A DNA stretch of 64,000 nucleotides from Vitrella brassicaformis CCMP3155 (GCA_001179505.1 CDMY01000252.1:62001-126000), one strand, 5' to 3'. Counted from the stretch's first letter, positions 35,246 through 48,796 are shown. Notes: a model not told the origin generated them from the sequence alone. Program-made: numbers and translations.

Positions 35246-38200
35246 ATGTCGCCCTCTCGTGACGTCACAATCGCTTCGTGTCGTCCCGACGGCCATCCCC
35301 NNNNNNNNNNNNNNNNNNNNNNNNNNNNNNNNNNNNNNNNNNNNNNNNNNNNNNNNNNNNNNNNNNNNNNNNNNNNNNNNNNNNNNNNNNNNNNNNNNNN
35401 NNNNNNNNNNNNNNNNNNNNNNNNNNNNNNNNNNNNNNNNNNNNNNNNNNNNNNNNNNNNNNNNNNNNNNNNNNNNNNNNNNNNNNNNNNNNNNNNNNNN
35501 NNNNNNNNNNNNNNNNNNNNNNNNNNNNNNNNNNNNNNNNNNNNNNNNNNNNNNNNNNNNNNNNNNNNNNNNNNNNNNNNNNNNNNNNNNNNNNNNNNNN
35601 CCCGAGACCCCCCGTCGCCCAACCACTGCCACACGCCGGCCACGCAGTCGTCGTCGCCTGAGACGCGCTTCGCCGAGGCACGGCGGCTGGAGGGCAAGAT
35701 TGAGGAGCACCCGGCGTCCCCCACCGTCCCCGCGACGAAGAGCCCCCCTGACCCAGAGAGCAACCCCCAGACCCACACGACCCATGATGACCACCACTCG
35801 GCCAACGGCGCGCTGAGCACCAGCACCAGCGCGACGCACGAGGAGGAGGCGGGTCCGCCGTTGTCGACTCGGCAGGGCGGGGGCGGCATGACGGCCTGGC
35901 GGGTGATGCTGCCCTTCCTGGAGAACTACGTGGACGTCTTTTCCATGCTGGCGCTGAGGCAGCTGGCATTCCTATTCCTGGCGCACAAATGGAACCCAGT
36001 AGCACTCGATTTCTCCGGTAGGGAGCTATGTCGGTCGAAGCGTAGGCATCTCTGTGTGTCATGGTGTCACGATGTCTGTCTGTCAGGTTTGCGAGGCATC
36101 GATAGTCGCGTGGTCGTCGAGTCGATTCTGGCGCTGCTGCAACGGTGCCTGCACCCGGCGGCCCAGCGAGAGTGCGCCTACGACTTCGGTCAGTGCACCC
36201 TGCTCAAGGACAGCTCGCTCGTCCGGATCGTCGAGAAGGTCGGGCCCTCAATCCGATCGCTCTCCTTCGACTTCTGCTACCTCATCACCGACAAAGGCAA
36301 GTCGAGTCGGCCCATTCAACGCAGAGATGCATTTGTGTGTCTGTGTGTGGTGGTGGTGGTGGTGCAGGGCTGGAGGCCTTGTTGAGCACGCCGTTGCCCC
36401 GTCTGGAGCGTCTGTCGCTGCGTTGTGCCCGCAACAAGGAGCTGATAGGCGAGCCGATCCTGCGTGAGCTGTCGGCTGAGCGGTGGCCGCGATTCCACCA
36501 GTTCAACTGCGCCTTCACGAGCATGTGGCTGGAGCACATCGAGAACGTGGCCGAGTTCCTCGCTGACAGGGCTGAGAGGCTGAAGAAGGCACCCAAGCTC
36601 GATATCAACGGCAGCTGGTGAGTCACTCAGTGAGTGAGCTGTGGGCATGTGTGATGTGTGATGTGGTGTGTGTTGTGTTTTGTCAGGGCGTCCAAGTGTT
36701 TGTTGGAGAAGATAGGATTGCACGACCCCGTCAAGCGGTTCGGCCAGGCCGTGCACCTGCGCGTCGCCGACGTCTGCGAAAAGATCGCCAAGAAGATGAA
36801 ACACATGGTCAGTCAGCCCACACCACACCGACACCAGCACCCCCTCTCTGTCTCTGTCTCTGTGTGTGTGTGTGCTGTCGATCTGTCTGTCAGGTGGTAG
36901 AGACAGCCGAGAAGGCCCCGCACGCCCAGTACCGTCTGCTGCAGATCGTCAAGTACCAGGGGGACCAGCTGCTGGTGAATTCGCCCTGCACGCACCACGT
37001 CAAGGCGGCTAAGGCGGCGGTGGAGCACCCCAAGCCCACCCACACCTACGCCAGCGGCAGCCTGAAGGAGCCCAGCGCGGCGCCCGCCGAGGATGTGTAC
37101 CTCTGGACGCACCCCCTGTCTGTCGCTATCGAGGGCATGGACATCAACACGCTCGCCGTGGTGAGTGAGCTCGGGAAGGGAGAGAGGGAGGGGTGAATGG
37201 GATGGCATGATGGGATGATGGGTGGACTGTGTGTATTGTCTGTGATGGTGATGATGTGTAGTTGTTGCGGCACGGAGCGAAGGTCGATGTGTGGGATTAC
37301 CTCGGCAACTCACCGTTGTTTCTCGCCTGCAAGACGGACCAGGTAGGTATATATGGGGCCATTTTGGTCCACACACACACTCCACACGGCACGGGCGGCG
37401 CGGGGGCCTCACACTCACTCATGTGCCTCATGTGCCTGTGTGTGGTTCATTCAGGAGGATGTGGTCCACACGTTGATTGAGCACGGCGCGTGTGTCCACC
37501 CCTACGACCTTCTCGGCCCCACGCCCCTCAAGATCGCCGTACACAACCAGAATATCGACATCCTTCACGTAAATCTGCCACCCCTTCCCCTCTCACCACC
37601 ACCAGACAGGCACTGTGCTTCTGCTCGTGTGTGTGTGTGTGTGTGTGTAGATGTTGCTGGACCATGGAGCGAATCTCAACTTCGTGGCGCCAGCGTTGAA
37701 GCCTCGAGGATTCAAGTCGCCACTCTTCGTAGCGTGCGAGAGCAACGCACCCGAGATCATCCAGCTGCTCCTCGACAAGGGGGCCAACCCCAATTGGGTC
37801 GACCATTCCAAATACTCACCCACGCTGGTAGGGAGAGAGAGAGAGAGAGAGAGAGAGAGGGGGNNNNNNNNNNNNNNNNNNNNNNNNNNNNNNNNNNNNN
37901 NNNNNNNNNNNNNNNNNNNNNNNNNNNNNNNNNNNNNNNNNNNNNNNNNNNNNNNNNNNNNNNNNNNNNNNNNNNNNNNNNNNNNNNNNNNNNNNNNNNN
38001 NNNNNNNNNNNNNNNNNNNNNNNNNNNNNNNNNNNNNNNNNNNNNNNNNNNNNNNNNNNNNNNNNNNNNNNNNNNNNNNNNNNNNNNNNNNNNNNNNNNN
38101 NNNNNNNNNNNNNNNNNNNNNNNNNNNNNNNNNNNNNNNNNNNNNNNNNNNNNNNNNNNNNNNTGTGTGCAGCTGGCGTATCAGTTGTCGTCGAGTTGGC

Positions 38201-39599
38201 TGCCTAAGTTTTTGGACGCGGGGGCGGGGGCGTCGCCGCGGAAGCGGTACATCCTCACCGACGTCTTGACGTGCGGCATCCTCAAGGCCGACATGGGCTG
38301 TGTCAAGCTGCTCACCTCCAAGTACCCAGACCTGCTCGACCTGCCCCACCACATGTGGAGCCTCCCACACATCCAAGTAGACACACCCACACCGCCGCAT
38401 ACTGTGCACACAACACACCCCACCTACACACCTCTGCGTGTGCTGTGTGTCACGATGATATGATCATCAGGCGGCCAAGCTGGGTAAGGTGGACATCCTG
38501 CGATATCTCCTGCAGCAGGGCTCCCGCACCAACAGCAAGGGCCTCGACGGTGCTGCGGCGCTGCACGTGGCGACTGAGGAGGGCTTCATGGACTGCGTGA
38601 TGGCCCTGCTCAACGCCCACGAGGAGCTGACCACCACCCCCGACGGCAAGGCGGTGGCCAAGGCCGACGTCAACATTCAGGATGCGTCAGGGAGGACCCC
38701 GCTACTCATCGCATGCCTCGAAAACCGGTATGTGTGTGTGCAGACAGGGAGGAAGGCATGCAGAGTGATGGCACGAACTCTGTGTGTGTGTGTGTGTGTG
38801 GTTGGTTCAGCCACAGTGTGGCTGAGGTGTTGCTGCGCCGCGGTGCCGACGTGAACCGTGAGAGCTACGCGACGGGCGAGACGCCGCTGATGGCCTGCAT
38901 CCGCACTCGCAACGAGCTCATGGCTCTCCTGCTGCTCAAATTCGGCGTCGACCTCAATTTTGACCAACAGGTGGGGAAAGAAAGTGCACAACAACACAAC
39001 ACCCCTGGATGGACACATAGAAAGGGTTTGTGTTGTGTGTGTGTGTGGCTTCCTGCATCGCGTCGACCAGGACAAGCGGGGTCGCACGGCGTTGATCTAC
39101 GCGATTTACTTCGGCCAGTACCTGATAGCTGACAAGCTGCTGGCGAGGGGGGCAGACGTCACCGCACAAGACGAGACGGGCACCACGCCATACAACGTCA
39201 TGCTCAACAGGTGCGCACACGCACACACACCCTCATCCACACACACGTGTGTGTGGTCACTCACGGTTGTTGATGTGTTTGCGCAGGGTGCGCTCGAACG
39301 GTCAGCAGGCCAAGCTGTGCAAGAAGGTCGTGAAGGCTTACCGCACCGCCACGTCTGCTGCCCACCACCACCACCACCCCAACAAACCCCCCAGCCCTCC
39401 CCAGTCCCAGCAGTACCCACCACCACCAGCCTCACCAGGAGCATCAGCAGCAGCAGCAGCGGCGGCAGCAGGAGCAGACGGGGAGAATGACGATGACGGC
39501 GTGGGCGTAGCGGGCGGCGGTGGGCTGCGGCCGCCCCGAAATGGGCTGCACCGGCGATCGATGCCTGCATGCTTCTGCGGGGTGGTGGGGGGGCGGTGA
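35246..39599 (+). CDS. F-box-like/LRR + ankyrin-repeat protein (start uncertain; interrupted by two assembly gaps)
   Basis: LRR-like SLSFDFCYLITDKG and LERLSLRC. Many ankyrin repeats: GNSPLFLAC, GPTPLKIAV, KSPLFVAC, GAAALHVAT, GRTPLLIAC, GETPLMAC, GRTALIYA. Confidence 0.85.
35301..35600. other. Assembly gap (300 N); identical 300-N gaps at 37864-38163, 59781-60080, 61723-62022, 63218-63517
   Basis: Runs of N of identical length indicate placeholders, so true distances and frames across them are unknown. Confidence 0.98.
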
Positions 39600-39619
39600 G
39601 GTGACAGAGACTCACATGG

Positions 39620-42600
39620 GCTGACTGTGGCTGAGCTGACTAAGAGGTGCACCGACTGGGGTGTGGAGATGGATCAATGAATGGATGGAAGGGGTGGCAG
39701 CCGACGGACAGACGGCAAATGGCGCGTGTGGTGGCGGGCTGGCTGGCTGGCTGGCTGGCTGAGAGAGTGAGCTGGTTGTTCGAACGAGGCTGCGAGATTT
39801 GTGGGTGGGAGGGATGTGGGGAATACAGCGTGTGTGCGCAGCAAGTGACGTGCCTTGCCTTGCCTTGCCATGGCCTGTCTGCCTGCGTGGCTGCCTGTGT
39901 GGCTGCCTCTGGGTGTGTGTGTATTCTCTACGGCACTCATCCACTGCCTCCCTGTGCACTGTGCAGAGTCTGTTGGTTTGGTCGGCTGTGTGCCTGGCAT
40001 GGCATGGCGTCCACACAGACAGACAGAGAGACATACATTGCGTACGGACATTTTTTCAATGAATGAAAGCTGCCTGTCTGCTTGCCTACTGCTGCTGTGC
40101 TGACATGACTCGATCCATCGATCGACTGATTGGTGTGGTGTGTTGTGTGACTGAATGAGATGAGTGATGATATATGGGTCCCTAAAGGCCGACCGATGAT
40201 GATGTGAGGAGGAGAATCACATATGTTACTTACTGGCGGTGTTTGGACACGCACAAGCCAGACAGAGAGGGAGGGAGGGAGGGAGGTGACCTGTTGGTTC
40301 GTTGGTTGGTTGGGTGGGTGGGTGGGTGTGCGCATGCGTATTGGCCCGTTTTCTGATTTTATACCGATGCCGTCCGTATGCGCAAGTACCTGCCGACACA
40401 CACCCATACACGCATACATACATACATGAGGGAGAGAGACCGAAGCTAAGCTCCTTTCCATCCTACCTACCTACTTGCATCGTTTTTGCAACCGTCCGTG
40501 TAAGTGTGGGTGGATGGATGTGTGCGTGGAGCATACTTACACACACACACATATATACACACACACAAAGAGGGTCCGATCCTTTTATATGCAGCACTTG
40601 TTTGTTTGTGTGTGCGCGCGTGTGCGTGTGTGTGTATGTGTGTGTGTTGGGATACTTGTAGAGGGAGGGAGGGAGGGGCGGGGCTGGTCGATAGATCGAC
40701 TGAGGTAGGGCTTCCTTTTGATCCACCCACCCACCCACACACACACACCCCCCTCACAAGCACCAGACACACACACACACAACCGACCAAGGCACTGATT
40801 TACCGGCAGCCACACACACCACCCACACCCACACGCACTACACACGTGCTGTCTGTTGGTTGGTAAGCATGGCGTGTAAGCAAGAAGGAAGCGATGCAAT
40901 TCGGCGGGCGGCCGGCCATGCGGCCTGTCCTATCCCCCGAGTGTCTGTCGAGTGTTGCGTTGTGTGTTGTATAGCTATCCATCCATCCATCCGTTGATTG
41001 ATTGCTGTGTGTGTCTGTGTGCGTGTGTGTGGGGCACGTGACCATGGCCAATCGTACGTAAGGCACATCTACACATCCATCGATCCACTCACTCACTCAG
41101 TCATGCAGCGCAGCAAGTCAAGGCAAGATTACCACGCATTTCATGATCCATTTGGGAATTCAACAGACAGACAGACAGACAGACAGACAGAGGCGCGCGG
41201 GGCACCTTATAAGGCCTGCAGACAGACAGACAGACAGACAGGCAAAAGGACGGGTGGCTGAATGGATGGGGATTGGTAGAGAGGGGGACGGGGGCACCGT
41301 TCCGTTCAGCCAGCCAGCCATATCAGTGACGATTGCACCACACACACACACACACACACACATGCATGTGATGGTTGGTTGGAGATATTTTTGTCGGCTG
41401 ACTGACATGGATTGCGATGGATGCGTCCGCCCCGTGTTGAGTTGCCCTCCTGGCTGCCGTGTGTGGTGTGGCTTCACTTGCTTTGCTATGCTGCCCTGTG
41501 TGCACGTGTGGATTGGATTGTTTGTCGTGTGGCGAGTGTGTGTGCGTGTCCGTGTGGGTGTGTGTGGGGGTGTGTGTGTGGATGGCTGGGATGGCTGAAT
41601 GACATCCGCTTCGCTCGCCCGCCCGTCCGTGGTTCACTTTCAAGGCCCTTAGCAAGCCCCCCCTCCCCCACACCCTCCCCCTCTTCCCCGCTATCGCAAG
41701 AGTGTGAGAATGAACACACACACACACACACATGTTGTGGGTACTTGATTGATGACGCACGCAGCCCTGTTGTGTCTCTCGCCTTGCACGTCACCATCCT
41801 CAAGGGCATCAGAGAGGGTCCTCTCCCAACAGGAGGTCTCCTGTGATGCCGCCGAGGTTGGTAACGTCCAGGGAAAGAGTCTGTGACAGGGCGCGACTCG
41901 ATTGTTCGTCCAGTCCAGATGCACTCGCTCTCTTCCTCTCTCACACCATGCCATGCATGCCATGATGCACGCCATCTTATCTCCACCCACACCACACCCC
42001 CATTCGATTCGCCCAAGTGCCTGCCTGCCTGCCTGCCTGTCCTTGGGGTCATTTGTCATGACGATGTTGAATGGAATGGAATGGAATGGATTGATATATG
42101 TAATGTGATCGATCTGATGGATGTACGTGGCGACCGACTTCGTTGCCTTACTTGCCTTGCCTGATGCCTCCCTGCCCTCTCCTCTCTGGCCCGTCTGCCT
42201 GCCCTGCCCTGTTGTTCCAATCTAACGCTGCCTGCCAACCTGCCAACCTGCTAACCTGCCCTGCCTACCTACCGGCCTGTCTGTCTGCCTCAGAGCTGGC
42301 CTTGCATGCTCAACCAACCCCGTTTCATTCACACCGACCGTCTGGCTGATTTCAACGACCATGCCATCCATCCATCCACACACTCATACCTGTAGAGGCA
42401 CCCCCACCCCCACACACAGAGCCACGTTTTGACTGACTGACTGACTCACTGAGTGATTGATTGATTGATTGCCTTTTATATGTCCGACTGACTGGCCGAC
42501 TTCATCCATCCGTGTGTGAGTGTGTGTGTGTGTGTGTGTTGTGCAGCTGTGATTGATTGCTTGGTCTGCAACCAGGGAGTGCCGTCAGTGTCATGCATGC

Positions 42601-42800
42601 CACGCCGTGATCGTGAGTGAGGAGACTGCGCCGCCGGCCTGCCTGCCTGCCTGTCTGTCTGGCTGTCTGTCTGGATGTGTGTGTGAGCTACTAAGGCATT
42701 GGTGTCATGCACGGCTGCAGCTAGAGACGGACAAACAAACGTATTTAAAGTCACCCCATGCACGGCACCATTCGGGAAACAGCCCAGCCAGCCAGAAGGC
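39620..42800. repeat. ~3.2 kb mosaic of short microsatellites between convergent genes
   Basis: (GGCT)n, (CCTTG)n, (GAGG)n, (GGTT)n, (GGGT)n, (CA)n/(TG)n, (CCAT)n, (GACA)n, (GCCT)n, (GGAAT)n, (GACT)n, (GATT)n. No credible coding exon found. Confidence 0.8.
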
Positions 42801-42964
42801 GTTAGTTAATTCCATTGACTGACAAGAAGGTCCTCTACATCATTGCACGTGTGCGTCTTCCTGCGCTGCCGATAGAAGAGAGAGATATGTACAGCTGGGG
42901 ATAAAGGTGCAAGCAGCGGTGTGCCATTCATTTCGTCTGGCTGGCATCGACTTGACTCGACTCG

Positions 42965-44611
42965 TCAGGCCAAGAAAATCACAAAGAACACCACAAAGAA
43001 GACCAGGATCAAGAAGATCTGCACGACGCACCCACACGAGAAGCTAGCTGTAGAGAGTGTGTGCAAGTGACACGTAGGTGCGCTCCGACGTGTGTACCTT
43101 GAGGATGAGCCCCCGGTTAGAGGATATCCTGTGGAAGTAGTCGAGTAGCGCCGTCTGACCCGCACGCACATTCGCCAAGGTCGTGTCCACGTCATCGTCA
43201 ATCCTGCATCCAACCCAATCAACCGACCAGCCGTCCACCACCACCAATCCAACGCACACACACACACACACACACCACCAGCTCTGTCAGGACTGCCCCG
43301 CCCGTCCTTGTCTCTCACCTTCTTATCATCTCGTCCTGCTCCTGCACGAGCCCGGCGACGCGTTGGAATATCTGGGCCAACTCACCTATCACCTTCTGCA
43401 CGTTCTCCACTGCCTGACCGACAGAGACGACACACACATTAACATCAACACGCACGATGAAATGAATGTCAAACAGTCATGTAAAAGGGAAAGGTTATGC
43501 GGTGCTCCGGCCGATTGATTACCTCTGCCCTTGATGTGTGGTACGTGGTGCCCCGGTCCAAGAGCTGGGTCTGCTGGCCGCTGGTTTGAGAGAAACCAAC
43601 CAAGGCACACACGCCATCGAGGGAAGGAAGGAGTAAGTGTTTGTCATGGCTCCCCCCCCTTACAGCCGCCGTCTGTGGGAGTGGCTGTTGCGTACCCTTC
43701 CATGTCGATGTTGGCGGCGGCTTCAGGCGACGTGTGCTGGAAGGGGTAGGCACTCGACGCTGACGAACCTGCAGGCAGGCAGGCAGGCAACGGTGCGTTG
43801 AAGACAGTGACACGTGTGTGTCAGGGTGCTCACTAGCCATGGTGTCGCCATACATCTTCCGCCTGTTGTCCTGCTTCTTCATTATCTGCAGCCAGCACAG
43901 CCCAGCACAGCACAGCACGGAACCCGACACGCACATCAACACCCATCCATGGGATGCCCAATGCACCCACTCCCACTCCTTTGACGTGCCTCGGTTCTGA
44001 GCTGCAGGATGTCCTTGAAGTCCTTGGTGAGCTCAAGCAGCCTGGTCTTGAGCGCCTCGACGATGCTGGTGGCGTGCTGCCGCTCGTGGCGGTTGTGGCT
44101 GAAGCCCTCCCGCGCTGCCCTGTCCAACGTCTCGATCTTGGTGTTCAGGCCCGTGATGGTCTGGGAGAGCCATGACAGTCCACACGCGCAGAGATAATGG
44201 TTGGTAGATGTGCGAGTCCAGCAGTGGCCAGCTGGCTGGCTGAGTCGTCTGACGCACCGACCTGTTTGATGTCGTATGTGAGCTCTTGTATCTGGGCTGT
44301 CTTGTCGTTGAAGATGCCTCGCTGCTTCGCCACTGACACCACACACACACACACACACACACACAGAACAGAACCGAATTCGCCCTGTGTGAGCTGCCTG
44401 CCGTCTTTTGCCTCTCTGCTGCACACTCACATTTGGCGAGTTCCTGTAGCTTGAGAGATCCCGTGTGGATCTCCCTGCCGACTTCATCAGCCACGACGTT
44501 GAAATGGCTCTCCACGTGCCCCGGCTGCCGTGGCTTGGCCACATGAGGGATGTGGGAGCTCAGCTGCTCCGTTATCTCGAAGAACTCGGCCGTGCGGTCC
44601 ACACACGCCAT
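42965..44611 (-). CDS. STX5: Syntaxin-5 (Sed5/SYP3-type Qa-SNARE)
   Basis: N-peptide MACVDRTAEF, LAKQRGIFNDK..IQELTYDIKQ, H...IVEALKTRL..LTKDFKDILQLRTE, SNARE IFQRVAGLVQEQDEMIRRIDDDV, SSNRGLILKIF + TM. Confidence 0.95.
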
Positions 44612-44820
44612 GCTCCAACCAAAGGGCAACTCCAGCTTGGCGGTCAAGGAAGGACCAAAACGATGGAAGATCCTGAAACGACTGTCACTCGCTGCCGAAC
44701 CACGCGACAAGATCACCAGATTTTTGATTGTGCCTCGGCGATCGCTTTTATTGTTTTGAGTACGCCCGAACTCCTCGAGAAGAAGCATCCTCGCCGTCCA
44801 TTTCGCCGCAGATCTGATAG

Positions 44821-46455
44821 ATGGGCATTCCCGGGCTGCTGCCGTTTGTGCGCCGGCGCTTCCCCGCCGTGATATCGGGCGTGGCGACCCTCCGCCCCTT
44901 CGCACACCAGCGGCTCCTAGTCGATGGCACTGGCCTCCTCTACCGATTTGCCTACGCCAGCCACGGGGATCTGGACAAATGCTCGCAGAAGTTCGCTACG
45001 CAGCTGTCCAAATTCAGAGAGCATCTGATTTCCCCATCGTATTTTTTCGAGAAGGAGAGCCGCCACGAGGGAGAAGGCGGCGGCAACCTGGACGTGCAGT
45101 GCAAGCGGGACCATGCGTGGCGGAAGCGGGAGAAGGACCGGCTGAGCGCGATGCTGCGTGCGGATGACGCCCAGCGGCAGGCGATGGCCATCATGGGAGA
45201 GGGGTCCTATGACAAGACCACGGAGGATACTGTCAAGGATGCGGTGGTGGACGACAAGAGAATACATCTCAAGAAGGGTAGGAGGGAGGGAGGGGCGCAA
45301 TGGATTGGGTGTATTGATGGAGGGTGGTTGTGTGTGCAGATGATGTGCAGAAGGTGGTAGATACGCTCGGCCAGGAGGGGTGCGATGTCAGATGGACGGA
45401 CCTCGACGCTGAGAAGGTCGGTCTGCTCAGATACGTCCATCGCACCCGAGATGCGCAATACAGGAGTGACTGCCCTTCCTGCAGGAGTGTGTGCGGCAGT
45501 GCCGCAGCGACTCGGATGTGGTCGTGTCGGATGACGTCGATGCACTCGTATTCGGGTCAGCCACACACCCACACACGTACGCGCCAGTTGACGAATGATG
45601 CCTTCGTTGATCCGGTGTGCTCCTTGCAGTGCTCCTGCGGTGCTTCGTAACGTGCAGTCGCCCTTGGGGTTGATGTACATCAAGCGCGAGGAGCTGCTGG
45701 ATGCCATGTGTGGGCGAGGGAGGGAGGGAGGGAGGGAGGGAGGAAAGGCCCATGTCCCATACATAGCCCGTATACAATGGTGTGTGCGTGCGCCAGGTTT
45801 TAGCATGGAGGAGTTCATAGACTTTTGCATCCTGTGCGGATGCGACTACACAGAGAAACTCCCAGGCATAGGTGCGGATGGCAGACGACAGGCAATGTGC
45901 CTGCCTGCAATGGGTGTCTCACCATGGCGTCGCCGCAGGTCCCGTGGCGGCTTACGAGATCATCCAAAAGCACCGATCCATCGAGGTGGCGCGTCCCCAC
46001 CGCAACGCCCCGTCCATCCCTGTCTCCTTGCCTCCCTTGTGCAATGCAGGCCTTCCTCGACTCGGATGACTTCCAGAAGCTCGCGAGCAAGAAGGTGGTG
46101 ACCAAGGTGCTCCAAAAGGTCAGCTGCAATCGATAGCTACACACACACCGCAGACAGAGATCGAAGCAATGAGCATGACTTGGTGTCCTGACCGACCTGG
46201 TCAGTCTGGCTGCTCGTCCCCGATAGAGTTCGTCGAGAAGTTTGTCGACTACAAGTAACCGCAATGCACACACACCACAGCCGACTCATCTCTGTCCCTC
46301 TCGGTGCCTGTCTCTCTTGTCTATGCGTTTGTTCGGTTGTGTCTCACTGATGCAGGGCGGCCCGGCAGGTGTTCATGTGGAACACCGACAGCTCGCCAGA
46401 CAGCCATCCAGACCGGCCGACGGGCAGCGCCGCTGCCGTAGGGGCTGCAGCGTGA
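44821..46455 (+). CDS. FEN1/XPG-family 5'-3' nuclease (3' exons approximate)
   Basis: MGIPGL start, LLVDG, DAEK, VVSDDVDALVFG, FIDFCILCGCDY..KLPGIGPVAAYEIIQKHRSIE. Confidence 0.88.
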
Positions 46456-46761
46456 CGGCTCGGCTGACTCTATTCGTGTGGACGTTCGTTCCATCAGTGT
46501 CGATAGATATCTCCTCTCAGTGGCGATCGATAGCATAGCAGCCGAGAAAGCGTCTGTCTGTTTATGATGGATGCACTGAGACAAATACACATCGATCGCC
46601 TGATTCACACCGCAAGAGCTGACACAACCAAACTACACACATGCCATGCAGACGCACACAGACGGACCTCCCACAAAGAATGAGACAGATGAGAGACAAG
46701 ACACACACGCGCTTTGGCATGCACACTGCCCCGGAAACGGACACGGACGCGGAAAAACCAA

Positions 46762-47782
46762 TCACTTCGCACTGTCTGCTCTTCCCACGTCCCGCCCTCC
46801 CTCACACTTCTCCCCCTCTCCCCCTGCCCCCTGTGCACCGCTGGCAGACGCCATCTGCTTTTCCGCTCTTGCCGGGTGAGCCTGGTCATCAGAGCCCTTC
46901 GTGGCCGCTGTGGTTTCATCCCTGTGGCTGTCGGGTGCCGCGGGTGGTGGTGGGGAGTCCACAAGTGACGACGCAGGCCTCTCACTGCCGGCAGCCGTCG
47001 CCACCTCCCTCTCCCCCGGCCCGCTCTGTGTTAGTGTCTCCTCCTTCTGCTTCGTCGGTGCCTCGATGCTCACTGTCGGCTCCTCTGCATTGGCAGGCGC
47101 CTGGGTCGGCTCGTCGGATTTGGCTGCGGCCAGCCCATCTCTCTCCTTGACATCATATCTTCTGTACAGCTCGTCAATGTCGACTTTTCTGCTGCTGTTA
47201 GTCGGCGCAGTGCCGAATTTGGGGCCGACTGTTGTCGGATACCGAAGGCGAACCGCCACGTCGCGGACCTTCTCGAGCTGTGTCTCGTAGAACTCTGGCC
47301 GCAGCCTCTCGTTGATGACCTTTGTGGGGTGCGGAGGCGGCAGTGTCTCGAGCATTCGCCTCTCCATTCCGAATCCTGCAGTGCAGACAGGCGGACTGGT
47401 TGCTTTGACCCTCTCTGTGGGTGTGGTGGATGGTTCTTGATTGACCTGGCAGTGTCAGTCCAGGGCTGCCCTTCCATCTGAGCCGCGGATCAGTCACCAA
47501 CGAGTACTCCCCCACGCCAGGCAGCCGCGCTGCCTCAATCGGCCGCCATATCCCTCCAAACTCGTCCCGCACGCCCAGCTTGATGCGGTGCTTGCTGAGG
47601 GTGCTCTTCTCGACAGAGGGCAGCTCCTGCAGGACGTCGATGTACCTCTTCTCCACGTGTTCTTGATGGGGCAGCAGCCTCCTTTGCCGTGGTGATGGCA
47701 CCGTTGACTTGGTGCTCCTGCTGAAGGGGTCTGAGAGGTTAGTGGTCGACATGGGCGAGGGGGCCGTGCGCGACGTTGACAT
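46762..47782 (-). CDS. Hypothetical protein, 2 exons
   Basis: Protein-like frames (RLLPHQEHVEKRYIDVLQEL...; INERLRPEFYETQLEKVRDV...) joined by a GT-AG intron ~47378-47446. Confidence 0.55.
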
Positions 47783-47919
47783 CGTTGTTTGACTTGAAAG
47801 AATGGTCGACAAGGAGTGGAGACGCTTCAAAGCTCGCCATACGAACCCCCACGCCCCCCGTCTCCGACTCAGGGTGGCAGACTCCCGCCGCCCGTCGCAG
47901 TGACTGACAATCCCAGAAT

Positions 47920-48324
47920 ATGGCTGGTTTTTTAACCGTTTTCGTGGCAGCTCTTCTGATCCCTGGCCTGATGGCTCTTCAGCCTCCCAGGAATGGTGAC
48001 CGAAGAACAACACCAGAGAATGAGCCGAGTGCCGCGGTTTGCAATGTGCGCTGTCAGGTACATTTGCAGTCAAGACAGACGACGACAAGTCCCTTGCCAC
48101 CCCCCTGATCTCTCACCACAACCCGAGATCACTTGGGAGACTTGTCCGAGACGCTGGCCGAGACGCCCACACGGTACGAGTGCGACGGCTCCTGCAAGAA
48201 TAAGAAGCCGGGCGACCAATGTGGCTCCTACAATATCGGCGGCCACATGGCTCCGTGGACGTGCAAGTGCACAGAATACCCCAGGGTCTTGCTCCCCGGA
48301 ACCATACTCAAGTGCATGGTCTGA
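47920..48324 (+). CDS. Small secreted Cys-rich protein, 2 exons (splice junction ambiguous)
   Basis: Signal-like MAGFLTVFVAALLIPGLMA; exon 2 YECDGSCKNKKPGDQCGSYNIGGHMAPWTCKC...LKCMV. Confidence 0.6.
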
Positions 48325-48796
48325 CCAACCAGGCCCACTGATTCAGGTATGTATGTAGCGGTCTGTTCGTTCATCCCCTTTTTGTGTATAGTTTGTGTGT
48401 GCGTGTGTGTCATTGCAACACACAGGCAAACAGTGGACAGATGTCCTACATGAGAGAGAGAGAGAGAGTCTGCCCGTGACAGATTGATTGCGTTTGCGCG
48501 GGCACACTTGAAAGTTCAAACCCTGTGAGGAACACACAGCATTATCGATCAGACATGCACAGTGTCTGTCAGCATTGAGCAGTCCATCATCCTTCCTTAC
48601 ACGAGCCAGCCGGCAGTCGCACCCCTGGCTGAACTACCGACAAATATGCCAACACTCTGCAGGGAAAAAATGGCCGACCGGCACAAACAAGCCGGTGGCA
48701 CACACACCGGCCCTCCATGACCCCTCAGAGCATGGAAAAAGTTCCCTCCCCTCCCTCCCTCCCCCGCTGCCCACGTCAGGTCGGTAAGTCTGTGAG

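Noticed and set aside
35195-35250. Upstream ATG at ~35193 extending the LRR-ankyrin gene
   Set aside because: It is out of frame by one base within a C8 homopolymer next to a gap; most likely an assembly artefact and not resolvable here.
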